DNA of 64,000 nucleotides. Origin: Octopus sinensis (lineage: Eukaryota). Below, one piece after another: positions 1-13,300 of the stretch. Position 1 is the stretch's first letter, and the number at the start of each line of letters is the position of its first letter. Position numbers and translations under genes: made by a program. Below the pieces are notes generated by a model that saw only the letters and a program-made list of their open reading frames with translations, did no database searches and was not told the DNA's origin. The DNA is taken from NCBI RefSeq assembly GCF_006345805.1, contig NC_043002.1, positions 992,001 through 1,056,000 on the forward strand, written 5' to 3'.

Positions 1-89
1 TCCATATCTGGTCAGTTTAGCGCAACTGACGGATGTCCACCCTGTGCTCGAAAAACAATGAGTCCTTTATCTATAAAATCTGGATGGAA

Positions 90-1925
90 CTTAAACATTT
101 TATGTTGGAATGTGCGCACTCTGTTGGACAACAGGAATGATTGCAGGCCTGAAAGACGCACTGCACTTGTTGCTCGTGAGCTGAACCATTATAAAATTGA
201 TATAGCTGCACTCGTATAGAAGGTGATGGTCAGCTTGAAGAAGTAGGAGGTAGATACACTTTTCTTGGAAAGGAAGGCAGAAGGAGGAGCACAGAAAGGC
301 TGGTGTTGGTTTTGCAGTCCGATCTGATATCCTTAAGAAGTTGGAAGAGCTCCCTGTTCCTATAAATGAACGTATAATGACCCTACGGTTGCACTTGAAA
401 GGTAAGCGGTTTGCTACTCTAATAAGTGCCTATGTACCTACTTTGACTAGCTGTGATGAAGATAAAACAATCTTTTATACCCTGCTGAGAGCCATACTTA
501 GAAAAACCCCCAATTCTGATAAAGTCATTCTACTAGGGGATTTTAATGCCAGAGTTGGAACAGACTGGCAAACATGGAACTCTCTAGGACGTTTTGGAGT
601 AGGGAAAATGAATAGCAATGGTCTCATGCTACTGGAGCTTTGCGAAGAACATGGACTTTACATTGCAAGTACTCATTTTGTGCACAAAGGTGATCACACC
701 ACAACATGGATGCATCCAAGGTCCAAAGTTTGGCACTTGCTGGATTATATCATCATCCACAAGTGCGACATTTATGACATTTGTAATGTCAAGTCCTTGC
801 ATGGATCAGAATGCTGGACAGACCACAGTCTGGTGCGAGCAAAGTTCCGAATGGTGATTAGGGCGAAAGAGAGAAGAGGACCAGCCAGCATTCCTCGCCG
901 TCTAAATGTCCACAAGGTATATGATGTGGTTAGGAAAGAGCTTCAGACTCGCTTGTCCAGCATTGAAACTACTGCAGCATGGGAAGATTTTCGAGACCAG
1001 GTTGTTCAATGTGCAGCCGAAACACTGGGGTATGTTACTGCCAGACACAGAGACTGGTTTGATGAGAATGATGCTGAAATTCAGCGACTATTAGTGGTAA
1101 AGCGCCATGCCCACAATGTGTTGCTGCCCAGAGAACTGTCTACTGTGCAGCGAAGTCTAGCACTTGCCCACTATAACAGTGTAAAATCATTACTGCAGCG
1201 ATCTCTCAGGAAGATGCAGAACACTTGGTGGGAGGATCTTGCTCGTGATGCTCAGGCTACTGCTGATGCAAATGACAGCAAGAAGCTTTACCATCTTATG
1301 AAGCGAGCTTATGGACCTAAGAGCTCCACATCAGCTCCTTTGCTTTCCAAGGAGTCTTCCACTCTGTTTACTAAATCAACAGAAATCACAGGTCGCTGGA
1401 TCGAACATTTTTCTGAACTCCTAAACCATGAGTCAGTTGTGGATGAAACAGTGATTAATACTATGAAACAAAGACCTATCATTGGCTCCTTAGACTCCTT
1501 GCCCTCAATAGATGAAGTAATGACAGCAATAATTAAATTGAATCTTGGTAGGGCACCTGGAAAGGATGGAATCTCAATGTGGCTTCCGATCTGGTAGAGG
1601 GACAATGGATATAATTTTCACAGCAAGACAGATGCAGGAGAAGTGCTATGAGCAGAATATGGATCTTGTCCAGGTATTCATTGATTTAACTAAGGCCTTT
1701 GATACTGTAAATAGGGCCTTTCTATGGAAAATACTTGGCAAACTTGGATGTCCGGATCACTTTGTATCTATAATTAAATCATTTCATGATGGGATGGAGG
1801 CTTGGGTCAATGTTGGTGGTGCCATGGCGGGACCCATTCCTGTAGAGAATGGTTTCAAGCAGGGTGGCATCCTTGCCCCAACTCTCTTTTCTTTGTACTT
1901 TGCTGCTGCTTTTACTCATGTTAAC
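90..1925 (+). mobile_element. RTE-clade (BovB-like) LINE fragment: APE endonuclease plus N-terminal reverse transcriptase; frameshifted, internally deleted, 3'-truncated
   Basis: Translation gives WNVRTLLD...RPERRTALVARELNHYKIDIAAL (about 105-215), then ISAYVPTL, ILLGDFNARVG, TWMHPRSKVWHLLDYII, CWTDHSLV, WFDENDAEI, RAPGKDGI (ORF 341-1597). A second frame gives QCGFRSGRGTMD, FIDLTKAFDTVNR and GFKQGGILAPTLFSLYF (ORF 1545-1943). Similarity stops before the YADD motif. Confidence 0.93.
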
Positions 1926-2494
1926 TTCAATAGCAAGTATTAATAGAAAATGTATAATAATTTAAGTATTATGAGCTAAAAATTGTTAATTAACTTATTG
2001 AGCTTATTATAATCAGGACTAAAACCCTGTATTAGTTAAAAGAATAATTGTTGTTAAAAGGACATGCTAATTATAAACTGATATTAAATTAAAAGGTATA
2101 TTGTAGATGTTAAAAGTTATTTGTGTTAATCCATAAATGATATTAGTTTCTTAATATATTTTACTCTACTTACTTGGATTGTTACCACTGTTCAATATAC
2201 TTAAGTAGAAAGTTATTCTTATCTCTGAAATTTCCTTTTCCTGTTGTATTCATTAGCCATTTGGAGTCTGCTCATTGTAAGGGGTCAGGAGTTTTTGTGC
2301 TGCTGTCACTGGCTTTAATGAATTTGTTTTTAAACTTTTAATTGAAAGTTGATGTAATAGCTTTATTGTATTCGCTCTTGAAAATAAGATTTCAAGCTTG
2401 AATTCACGATTTATTGTTTAGAATCTTTGTTGCACTTAAATCATTCCATTTATGTCTGTAAAAAAAAAAAAATAATTGAAAGGAATTATCAATA

Positions 2495-2598
2495 ATTAAC
2501 TGGTATGGCACCATAGCTGAATTAACTGGTGTGGCACCATAGCTGAATTAACTGGTATGGCACCATAGCTGAATTAACTGGTGTGGCACCATAGCTGA
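2495..2598. repeat. Minisatellite, 4 x 26 bp (ATTAACTGGT[A/G]TGGCACCATAGCTGA)
   Basis: Four units start at 2495, 2521, 2547 and 2573, differing only at one A/G position that alternates. Confidence 0.95.
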
Positions 2599-3499
2599 AT
2601 ATGAACAAAAAATATTGCAGAACACTTTTAAATTGAGCATTTCTGAAGATTTAAAAAAAAATTTCTGATGGTTTAACAAACATTCTATAATGTTGAATGA
2701 TTTTAAACTTTTACCATGGCAGTGTGGTAGTTTGTACTTAAACTAAAAGGCATCTCTATTATTCATTTCATACAAATCCTAAAAGATTAAGTTTGTATCA
2801 ATTTTATTACTCTTATGAAGTTTTAACCCTCTTTTTTGATGTTTTTACGTTCTTAGGAGGTTAATTACAAAATCCTATGACATATATGAAATGTAATGCT
2901 TTATATTAATCAACTTATTTTCTTTTCCCTATTTGATTTTTAAAAATTGAAAAAATAATTATTGAATTGTTTTAGGAGACCTGCAGAGAAAGAGGGAGAT
3001 GCGTGATGTTTAAATTATTTTTAGTTTTATTTATGAGATGTCTGCAACAGTTGAAGAAATTTAGTTTGCTAAGACTGGAGTTTTCTAGCTGTGGATTAAA
3101 TACACTGACATCATTCATTTATTGTAGCTAAATAGTTTAGTAGACACATTTCCTTTATAGAATGAAGTTATATATTTAGTTTTAAAACAAAACCTTCATA
3201 ATTAGGGTAGATTAAAGATTAATAAATGATTTTGAGAAATTTTGTTAATAGAACTGTTTAAGGAATGCCACAGTTTTATTTTAATGAAAAGGTTTTGATG
3301 GTAGGAAGTTTGTAATGTTAAACATGGAGACTGAGTGCAGAGTTGAGAAATTCTATCTGCTGCTGTGAGGGATGTTTTGAGTGAGTAATAATCTTGGAAT
3401 TACTTGAAGCAACTCGAATAAAATGAAACCACAGAACATTCTTATTGAATTCATTTTTATTGGTAAAGAATCTTAGTCCACATCACCTTGGGGGATACC

Positions 3500-4010
3500 T
3501 CTTCATCAGTTGTTAATGTCCATGTTCCATTCTGATTTGGGTTGGGTGATTTCACAGGATTCAATGGGTCCAAGGAGCACGTTGAGCTCCAGTGTCTTCT
3601 TTGGTATGGTTTCTATGGCTGGATACCCTTCCTGACACCAACAACAGCATCTACCCAGTGCCTTTTTTTTTCATGCCACCAGCACTGGTGAGTTCATCAG
3701 AAGGTTCATCAGACCCCGTGGAAACGGGTTGGGTTTATGCCTGGAGTTGAGGGGTTAAAGTATAAGAACAGTGGGCAGGAGCAGGTTCTTGTTGTAGATG
3801 AGCTACATGGCTACTCACATTTAGAAGGGAGGCTGAGAAAGATCAGGGGGAGCTACAAAGAGATAAATAGGGGTGATAAGGTGTCTCCCTCATGGTGGAA
3901 GGTGAGTAAGAATGATTGGTGGGAGAGGAGACTGGGTGGGTGGGCGTTTGCAAGAGTATATGGAGGAGTGAGCAGGGAAGGGAGGTAGGTAACAACTATA
4001 AAAATTGGCC
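3500..4010 (-). mobile_element. Degenerate SINE/RTE-type 3' tail and adjacent repeat body
   Basis: GGTTTCTATGGCTGGATACCCTTCCTGACACCAAC matches the reverse complement of the tail GTTGGCATTAGGAAGGGCATCCAGC that recurs through the window. Confidence 0.6.
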
Positions 4011-5269
4011 AGGCTTGATGGGTAGCTGCAGCCTGTACCTATGTCAGGGCTATATTAATCCCCCACAAACTTTTGATTGTTGGTATTATATTCATCATCC
4101 ACAGCACAAAGTGATTAGTGATAAACGAGCTGAGAATTATCAAAATGAATGAGATCAATTCTAAATATATGGAAACTGAATATGTTGCTTCTGTTTGAGC
4201 AGGACTATAATGAAAAGCCTTCCAGTTGTGACCCTCTCATCTTTTCCATGGTAAACTGCATCTAAGAGTATATTATTCATGTGACCCTCCTTTTGTTAGA
4301 TGGTAGGGTACAAACTGAGGGGAAGCTGGTTGTTATTTCCCAGAGGATCAAGTAACCAGGAAATGGGTCCGTTGTTGGCCAACAGCTAAATGTGATATCT
4401 GCTTTTATCAGTTTCAAGTCTGATGAGGGAACTCGTGCAGAAGCAATTTGATTTATAAACATTGGAATCTATTGAGGTGATACAGGATCAATATTGGGTG
4501 GAAAACCATTGAATTAAAAACCAATTGAATAACAATGAGAAATTGGACATAACACTAACGATGATGATTATAATGATAATGAAGTATTTATGGTAAGCAC
4601 AAGTCTGTGTTGAAGTATTTTTCCAAACTGCAATGTGACATTCTTTCCTACATTGTAATATTTTCTTATAGATGGAGCTCAACAGTCTTAGATCTGAACA
4701 GAAAATGCCAAACCAAATTTTGTCAAAGTTTTTGGATGGCCATAAAAGAAGCAACCTACCTTTTATGCAAAATAGCAAGAATATAAGCTGAAAGAGGAAA
4801 GAAATCTATGATTTAGGAATCAATATGTGTTTCTTTTGCTTTCCATGCCTCATTTATATCTTTTAAGGAATTTATACATTTCTAGGATTCTCTTCTTCCA
4901 TTCTTGTGAGACATCTTTGAATGGCTTGTTTTCCATAGATTTTCTTTTAAGGGAAGAAAGACAATATGACAACATTAAAAAATGGTGTGGTTTTTGTGGA
5001 AGAAATGTTGTTTTGTGCAAATGGCACAATATAGAAAAGAAAGCATTGTGGGTGCCATTTTTGTATTTCTAGACTCATAGGGACAATGCTTCCAGAATGT
5101 TTTATTCTTTTCAGCTAAAATGAGTCAGCAATGCTGGATAGAGACATCAAAGTGTGCTGTAGGTTGACTTGTGGTTTAGATGGAATGGTCCCATGATCAG
5201 GGGATCAGCTCAGTAGGTGGGAATTGAACACAGGACAACCTAAGGCATTTAGTCCAGTGATTTCTAAAA

Positions 5270-5410
5270 AAAAAGACCTTTATCCTGGAGGAGTACCCTA
5301 TTGATCCTGAAAGGGTGAAAAGAGTGTAGTTGATTTTGGTGGGGTTTGAACTCATAGGACAGACAGCCAAAATGAATGCCATGATGCAGAGATCATCCTC
5401 TGCTAGCTCC
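5270..5410 (-). mobile_element. tRNA-derived SINE, family A, degenerate
   Basis: GATCCTGAAAGGGTGAAAAG...GGGTTTGAACTCATAG is a diverged reverse complement of the family A B-box and body. Confidence 0.55.
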
Positions 5411-5944
5411 TAGTTTCACTAAAACAAAACATAACTCATGCTAATTATTTAATAATAATTAATGAGGTATATTTAAGTATTTAATTGATTTTTACAGTAT
5501 TGTATAACATAACAATAATTTCTGGAATAAATTTTCCTGTTGAGTTATAAAAAAATATTCAAAGGTCAGAAGCAGAAATTGTTGTAAAAAATGTCTGAGC
5601 TTGTGTTTTTTGATTGATGGAGACAGACAAAACAAAGATTAATACATTAATTAAATTAATTAATTATCTCTAATAACTGTGATAATAGTTTCTTTGTTAT
5701 AGTGTTTCACATTTAGTCCAGTAACCCTTCCATGAGTGGATAACTGCCCAGCTTTTCATTGAATCTTAAATGCTTTCTATCAATTATTATGATAGGCCAA
5801 ATTCCCACTATTTTCTCCTGTTCCAACTCCCTGTACTTTCATCACTTTATCCCACTTAACACTTGGCTTCCTTTATTAACCAAAATACTATTGAGTTCTT
5901 CACCAGTTGCCATCAGATTCCATCTTTCAATATTTCTTTTGCTA

Positions 5945-6038
5945 AGGTGGCCAGCTGGCAGAATCATTAGAACACTGGGTAAAAATGTTTTAGTGGCGTT
6001 TCGTCTATTTTAATGTTCTCATTTCAAATTCCACAAGC
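5945..6038 (+). mobile_element. tRNA-derived SINE family A head, 3'-truncated
   Basis: AAGGTGGCCAGCTGGCAGAATCATTAG...TTCAAATTCCAC carries A-box and B-box-like motifs shared with the copies at 29538 and 38856. Confidence 0.65.
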
Positions 6039-7224
6039 ATCACCACCGTGATTTTCACTATCATCACATTTATTAGAAATCCCCAAACTTCGAATACAGA
6101 CTCCTCTCACCATATTTGTTTTGCTCTTTGACCCTTCAGCATTTAAACTGGTCCCATCCAACCCAAATATTCTCCCTGTTTTGTGTTTAAAGCTCCTCAC
6201 ACCCACCTTTTAACGTCGTCCTAAAACTATACGAGGTTTCACATCATTGAAATCTTGAATGCAGGATTAATTCAAAACAATATGAATAAATAAATATCAC
6301 ATTTGACAGAATAATCTGAATGCTAAACGTTTAAAGAATACGACTTTCCTGTTTGTTACCATTTTTATTCCTGTAACAAGAACCTGTTTTTTCACTTTTG
6401 ATGTCTGGTAACACAAGAAATAGAAAGTTAGCATTGATCTATTTTATCAAATGCTATCCACTAACCAATAATATGGTGCAATATTCGATGTATGAATGTT
6501 CTTATAGAATTTATACTAATTTACATAATTTCTTGATAAATTAAGAGACTTCATTTTGCTAAATTTCAAGAAACTCCAATTTTTGATTTTAATGCAAATT
6601 CTTTATTCAGTAGAAATTTTATTTATCCCTAGCTGGGATGATGATAATGACCATCACCATCTTCATTATGGATTGGATCTAAATGTTGTTTGGTATGTTG
6701 AGCTTTAACATTCGATGACAGGGTCATAACTGGAAGGCTTTTCAAAAGCTGCATTGGCAGCTTTTGAAGTTGCTCCTCATCACATACAATCAAGTAGAAA
6801 ATAATAAAACAATCTATGTCACATGTTACGACTTTTTAATTAGATATTCTCTGTGCAAATATATGCCAACAGGTTAATCAACTGTTGGTTGATGACATTT
6901 TAATTAGTTCCTCTATCCAGTGTCTATTTGAAAAATTTTATTAAATTTGTATGAAACCTTTTTCTTAATGAATTAAGGTTTTTGAGTCTTAATTTGAGGA
7001 TGGCAGTTAGCAAACAGCATTGAAGAAATTATTTCCTTGTGAAATTCCTTAAAAGACAATCCAATTCCCTGTTGTTGAACTGGTTTCACATTTGTTGGGA
7101 CATCTTCAGTTCAATAATGGAAGGATATCACACCTTGCAGTTTAATTCTCTACATTCTCATCTCTTTTCTGCCAACGACTGTCCTGCTTAATTTCTTATA
7201 GTTTTGTTTGTTCCTAGAACGCTA

Positions 7225-7655
7225 TTGTATCATCATTGTTGTCATCATTGTTGTCATCATTCTGACGCCCACTTTTGTATGTTTGCATGAGACAAGCGGA
7301 AATTGTTGTGGCCAGTTTTCTTTGGCCTGATGTCCTTCCTGTTGCATTATACTTGCCTGTTTCTAAGCAAGATAATACTTTTTGATCGAACATGTTTTTG
7401 TGGAAAACTGGAAACAATTCCACTTGTACAATAGTGATCCTCATTTATAACTATCGGTTGATGTCAGAACAAGGAGATACACACACACACACATGAGGCT
7501 TCTTTAAGTTTCTATTTCTTAAATTCACTCAAAAGGCTTTGCCTGGCCCAGAGCTATAGTAGAAGACAACATGCCCAAGGTGTCACCCTTGGGTCTATAC
7601 CCTGAAGCCATGTGGCTTGGGGAGGAAACTTCCTATCCTTCCAGTCATGCCCCTC
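7225..7655 (-). mobile_element. tRNA-derived SINE, family B, near full length, degenerate
   Basis: A (CAT)n-like tail lies at the left end, with a central (CA)n and the conserved block GGCTT...CTATAGTAGAAGACA...CCCAAGGTGTCA, also seen at 21330-21410. Confidence 0.7.
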
Positions 7656-8990
7656 TCTCCATAAATTTTTGTTTCATTGATTTCCATAAACTCACCTTGT
7701 GCCTATGAAATATTAAAACCTGACATTCCAATGACATCCCACCAATTTCTTTTCTCCTACCTTATTCTTCCATTCATGCTATTTCACTCTTCTTTCTCAA
7801 AGTCTTTCTATTTGTTAAACGAAACATGTCTACTTCATTCAGTGTCATCATTCAAGCCAATATTATCTCTTCTGGTTTGATGTTGCTTGTTTTATCTTCT
7901 TCTTCCTTCACCAGACATCACTCCTACATCTTATCATAAACAACACATTCAACTTTGCACTAAATCCGTTTACAATATTCAATCTCAGCCAACGCTGTTT
8001 CATGTTTTACTCTCGCTTCTGGAAATTAACTTTGATAATGATGATGATGATGATGAATGATAAGAATGTTGACCAAATATTCCACTGGCAACTGCAACCG
8101 TTCGACTGTACAGACTTTGTTTCTTATTGTGGCTTATATAGTATGTGCAGTGTCTTCAGGTTCTGGGCACACAAGTTAGAAAGCAGGACAATAGAATAAG
8201 AGAAATCATGAGAAAGGACGAACGGATGCGAGGTTCAAGAAGTTGAATGATGTAAAAAAAGAGGAAAAGAAAGGAAAAAAGAAAAGTATGATAATAGTAT
8301 GTTACTGTATGTGGTGTGAAATTGGTTTTTCAAACCCCATGTCTGGCTGGCCAATTTAGTGGCTTTACTTTTGTCCATGTGCTGGAAAGAAGATTGGTGG
8401 TTAGCATTGGCAGCTTTTGAAGTTGCTCCACATCACATACAATCAAGTGGAAAATAATAGAAAAATCTGTGTCATATGTTAATGGATCAACAAAATGCCT
8501 GTTATGTGTAGCTGAAAGGTTGCATATCCTTTTTAAGATCTAAGAATTCCACGACAGTGCTGAATTCCAGATCAGAGATTTCCAGCAAATGCAAACATAA
8601 GGACAAGTTTGTTTTGGTGAATTGGAGAATACTACCTTCTATGAATTGAGCAGCTGAATCACAGATTTTAGACCTCCTTCTGTTAATTCCACACCATCTC
8701 ATCTGATGACTCTAATTCCTTTTTCTGTTTTTCTCACCATTCCACTTTTTGAACCAACCTTCATCTAATTTTTTCTCATGATTTCTCTTGTTCTGTCCTG
8801 ATTTGTAACTTGTATAGGCCATGTTCCCAGAGCCTGAAGATTACTTGGAGACATGTTTTAAAACGTGCCTAGATAATATCTTCTATATATGCAACTGTTA
8901 GTAGCTCATAACTATATACTGTGGACATTAAACAATATTTATCTCTCACCAGATGGAATACTTTTTTTTTTAATGGAAAAGTAAATTGTA

Positions 8991-9036
<46 letters not shown>

Positions 9037-10644
9037 ATCTTATGTTTTTATTGTGCATATTTTAAAATGGTTTATAGATCTTTGTTTTGATTTGAATATC
9101 AGATACTCAGAATTGGGCAATTTTTGGTTTTTAATTATAAAGATCTTAATTATGCATAATACTTAATATGATGTTAAAATTATCCAATAAAATAAGAAGG
9201 AAATATTTTTGACCGAAGTCCATTTCCTTCTCTAGCTGTTTGCACTTTGCTTTTGGTTTGTATTCTTTGTTTGTTAGAAAGGAATCAACTTTGACCATCT
9301 ACAAAATGGTACATGTATGAAATTTAATGTGCATTTAGCCCTTTTACTATCATAATTCTGTTGCAATACATTGTTTTGGTTTCAATACATGTTGAAAATA
9401 ATGAAGAATTTATTATGATAGGTTTGTCTTTATTAAGCTGGTGTTTGGAGATACAAATTAACTTGAGATTTTGATGGCTAGTTTTAATCTAGATCACTTT
9501 AAAACATGGTGTTTGTCTCATTATCAAAATAGTCTGAATGTGTTGCTATGTAAATGGTTAATATATTCTCACTATCATGTAGAAAAGGTAACATTATTAT
9601 AGTAAGTTAAGCTCTGCTTTGCACACTGAGTAACTTGGACAATATACATACATACGCGTGTGTGTGTGCATAACTTGTAGTCATGCTGTTCCAAATATGA
9701 TTACTTACTAAAAAATGGGAAACATTTCTTATGTATAATGTTAATGTTTAAGTTTGAATTTTAGAAAAAGTGCTTGTGATATCCTAATAAATATGGTAAT
9801 TAAAAGCTTTGTTTGGAAGCCTCTGACAAAAATATCATTCATTCAGCTTCTAATTGATGGAGTGCTTTGAGTTCAGATGATAAATTCCAGTGTAAGCATT
9901 TATGTCAGTTGGCAGCATACAAACGAAAGTATATCACCACAACTGATCATTTTTGTTTTAATCGCCATTATGTTGTTAGAGAGTAGCAGAGCAATTAATA
10001 TTTAATTCACAAGATATTAAGTGAACCATTATATATTTTGATGGCATACAAAGATAGTTTTTCTGTGAAATAATTGCAAAACCTGATCATTTTTCCCCAT
10101 AGCCATCTTTTATAGCTGTAGTAAAATATGTTTTATGAGATCCATCTTTATTAATTATTAATATTATGTATTAAAATATCACCTTTGCTGTGTTTTTCAT
10201 GTTTAAATTGTCTGAAACATGAAAGAGCAATATAGATGAATGAGTCGGAAATTAGCCAGAAGAGACTCAAGATGGCACTGAACAGAAGCGAAACCTGCCA
10301 AATAACAGATTTTCATATGGAATATTTATTCTTTTTTGTATAATTTTCAGACAAGCATTTTATAAGTTTATAGTAATGTACTCAATACTGACTTGAGAGT
10401 AAAAATCACAAATACTGTATGTTACATACACACATCATCATTAACTCTTTTGTGCCTCTAAAGAAAAGAATTTAGAACTCGCTTGTACCATATTCCTGGT
10501 AAAAGAATCTGAAAATGCCTTTTCAGATCTTATTTTACTGACAGTTAATGTTTTGCATTTAAAACATAAAAGTTGTTAATAATTCCAAGCCAAAGATCTG
10601 GATATGTTTATAGATGTATTATTATTATTATTATTATTATTAAA

Positions 10645-10850
10645 GTGATGATGAGCTGGCAGAAGTGTTAGCATGCTGGGCAAAATGCTTAGCAGCAGCA
10701 TTTCATCTGTCTTTATGTTCTGAGTTCAAATTCTATTGAGGCCAATTGGGGTCAATCAAATAAGTATCATTTGAGCCCTGGGGGGTTGATGTAATCAACT
10801 AGCCCCTTCCCTCAAAATTGCTTACCTTGTGCCAAACATTATTATTATTT
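10645..10850 (+). mobile_element. tRNA-derived SINE, family A
   Basis: GAGCTGGCAGAAGTGTTAGCATGCTGGGCAAAATGCTTAGC...GAGTTCAAATTC...GGGGTTGATGTAATCAAC...CCTTGTGCC followed by a (TAT)n tail. Confidence 0.85.
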
Positions 10851-12587
10851 TTTCTGATTAGCTACAGGTGAGTGAACCTTCATTAAATAGATTTATGGTT
10901 AAAATATTCCAACCATGGCTATCCTGACTTTCATTGTCACAGTATATCTTGAGATACGTTATCCAAATATCCTTTTAAAAAAATTGTAGGGTGTGATTTG
11001 TATTACTAACTGATCAAGTGAAAACATAAAGGCTCCTTGTTGACTTAGAGACATGTTTATAAATGTACATACATTTCAAATTTGTATATGATGTGTGTGT
11101 ATGGGCGATAGAGTACATCTGAGCTGAGAGAAAAACTAGATATTAGAGGATTCAGTTGTCATGTGCAAGAGAGAAAACTGGCACATGAGGAAAGATGTAT
11201 AAAGAAATACAAAGCCCTTGAATTAGATGCAAAGTATGCAAGAGGGAGGAGCACTGCCATATTATGGTACTGACAAAGGAGAAGTAGATTTGATTCCCAC
11301 CAAACTCTCATTTTTCACGTATGCTCACATTTAATTTCAATTCCTGCATAAGATTCTGATAAAAAGTCTATATATAAACATATATTAACCAAGTGAGCCT
11401 AGTTTGCCAAATTCCTATAATTAAATAAAATAAAGAAAATTTGATTTATGTAAATTATCGATATAATTGTTTTAATTATTCAGTTGTAATACTGAAACAA
11501 TTACAGTTTTATTAATGATATATTAACTCTTCTAACCTGCAATTAGAGAAATTTTGAAGGCAAAGAAGTATCACTTCAATTAATATTATTAATAAGGTTC
11601 TTGACGAAGCTAAACAATGAAATCGTTGCCATCTTGATGTTTGCCTCTCTTCAACTTGTCTTATCTTCTCAGTTGGTTATGAGGTAATACTGACATTGAC
11701 CAGTGTCCATTGTAGGGGGTGGATCTCTGTAGACACCATGCAAAGAGACAGGAAGATTCGATTTTTGATATTTCAGAATTCATTCAATCATTTTATTAAG
11801 TGTTATAATGTGTTTCAATTAAATGATTTAAATTAAATGATTTAAATTAAATCCCCAGTTTGTGTCTCATTTCAGAATAGGTGCCATTTTAAAAGAATTG
11901 GCCATGAGAAGTAGCTATTTGAGTTTGATATATTTGAAAGTGAGAAAGAAAATTAATTGGATTCGTTAGAAAAGAATAGGTAAATTAAAAATATCAATAA
12001 TAATATCAATAATATCCATAATATCAACAATAATGGTTATAGAAGCTGTTGAAGTTGAATACTCTTCTAAATCATAATAAGAAACATGTTCTTTTATGAG
12101 AAAGGAAATGATGCTTCTGTGAGATTGCATCATCTGTGGCACAAATGAAGAAATAGCCAAATGTATCAAATGTTATTTCATTCATAAAAGCTGAATCATG
12201 GGTAATATGTTGACCAGTTATTAAGAAATTTATTAAGTGAGAGTGTGGCCACTGTCCAGTTTTCAATCGTCCTCCATGTTGTAGCATTTCCTCTTTTTGC
12301 TTCAATTAATTTTGAAAATAACAATGAATTTAGTAAAATAAGATTGTTGTTATTAAACTGGTGATTGAGACATGAAATTAACCTGGGATTTTGACTGAAG
12401 AATTTTAATTTCGATCATTTTAAAACAGGAAGTTTGTATCAGAGAACCAGGAATGGTCTTTGGTGGGTTGGCACCAAAAAGGTGAAACTCTTCACTTTGT
12501 TCTCAAACATAATTAGAAAACTTCTTCCAACAATTAATGATTCTTCAATAAAATTGTCTGTATATTCATTTATCAATTTTATATATC

Positions 12588-12663
12588 CTTTAGTCCAACA
12601 TTATATTTTATTCTTTAGTCCAACATTATATTTTATTCTTTAGTCCAACACTACATTTTATTC
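12588..12663. repeat. Minisatellite, 3 x 25 bp (TTTAGTCCAACATTATATTTTATTC)
   Basis: TAGTCCAACA recurs at 12591, 12616 and 12641. Confidence 0.9.
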
Positions 12664-12979
12664 AAGTCCTACTTTACACTTTATTCATTATATGAAACCC
12701 ATAAAAGTGGTCGACAGTAAATGTTCATGTGATAGCAATTCCTTGAAGAAGCATTTCTAGAAGTAGTTGACTGAGTCTGACTTAAATTGGTAAAAACAGG
12801 GAGCAAGTGGGTAAAAGGAGCTATTTCATTTGCTAGAAACAAGGAAGTTTTAGTGAAGGACAAATTGCCTGGTTTCTGTGTATAAAACGTGATGTAAAGT
12901 AATAGAACTTGGATGTTGAATACCAAGGATGTATAAAAGGCTGGAAAGAAAGTAGATGAGTCTGCTTCACTGGATCCTT

Positions 12980-13300
12980 AATCATCATCATCATCAATTC
13001 CATGCTGGCATAGGTCAGATGGTTTGACAGGATTTGGCAGGCCACACTGCTGCACTGTGCCCTACTGTTAGCTTTGGCATGGTTTGTATGGCTGGATGCC
13101 CTTCTTAACACTAACCACTTTACAGTGTGTACAGTGAGGTTGAAAGACAAGAAAGGGAAAGGGAAAACCTCCCATGGTTAAAGTGGGGGGTGGGGGGAGA
13201 TGTGGCCTTCTGCCAAGTGTTGGGATAGGTTGAAAGTATGAAAGAGGGACAAGCACAAGTGTTAATGACAGAGCATAGATGAGCTGAGGGAACCCCTTTG
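12980..13300 (-). mobile_element. SINE/RTE 3' tail fragment
   Basis: (CAT)n followed by TTCCATGCTGGCATAGGTCAGATGGTTTGAC...GGCTGGATGCCCTTC. Confidence 0.7.
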
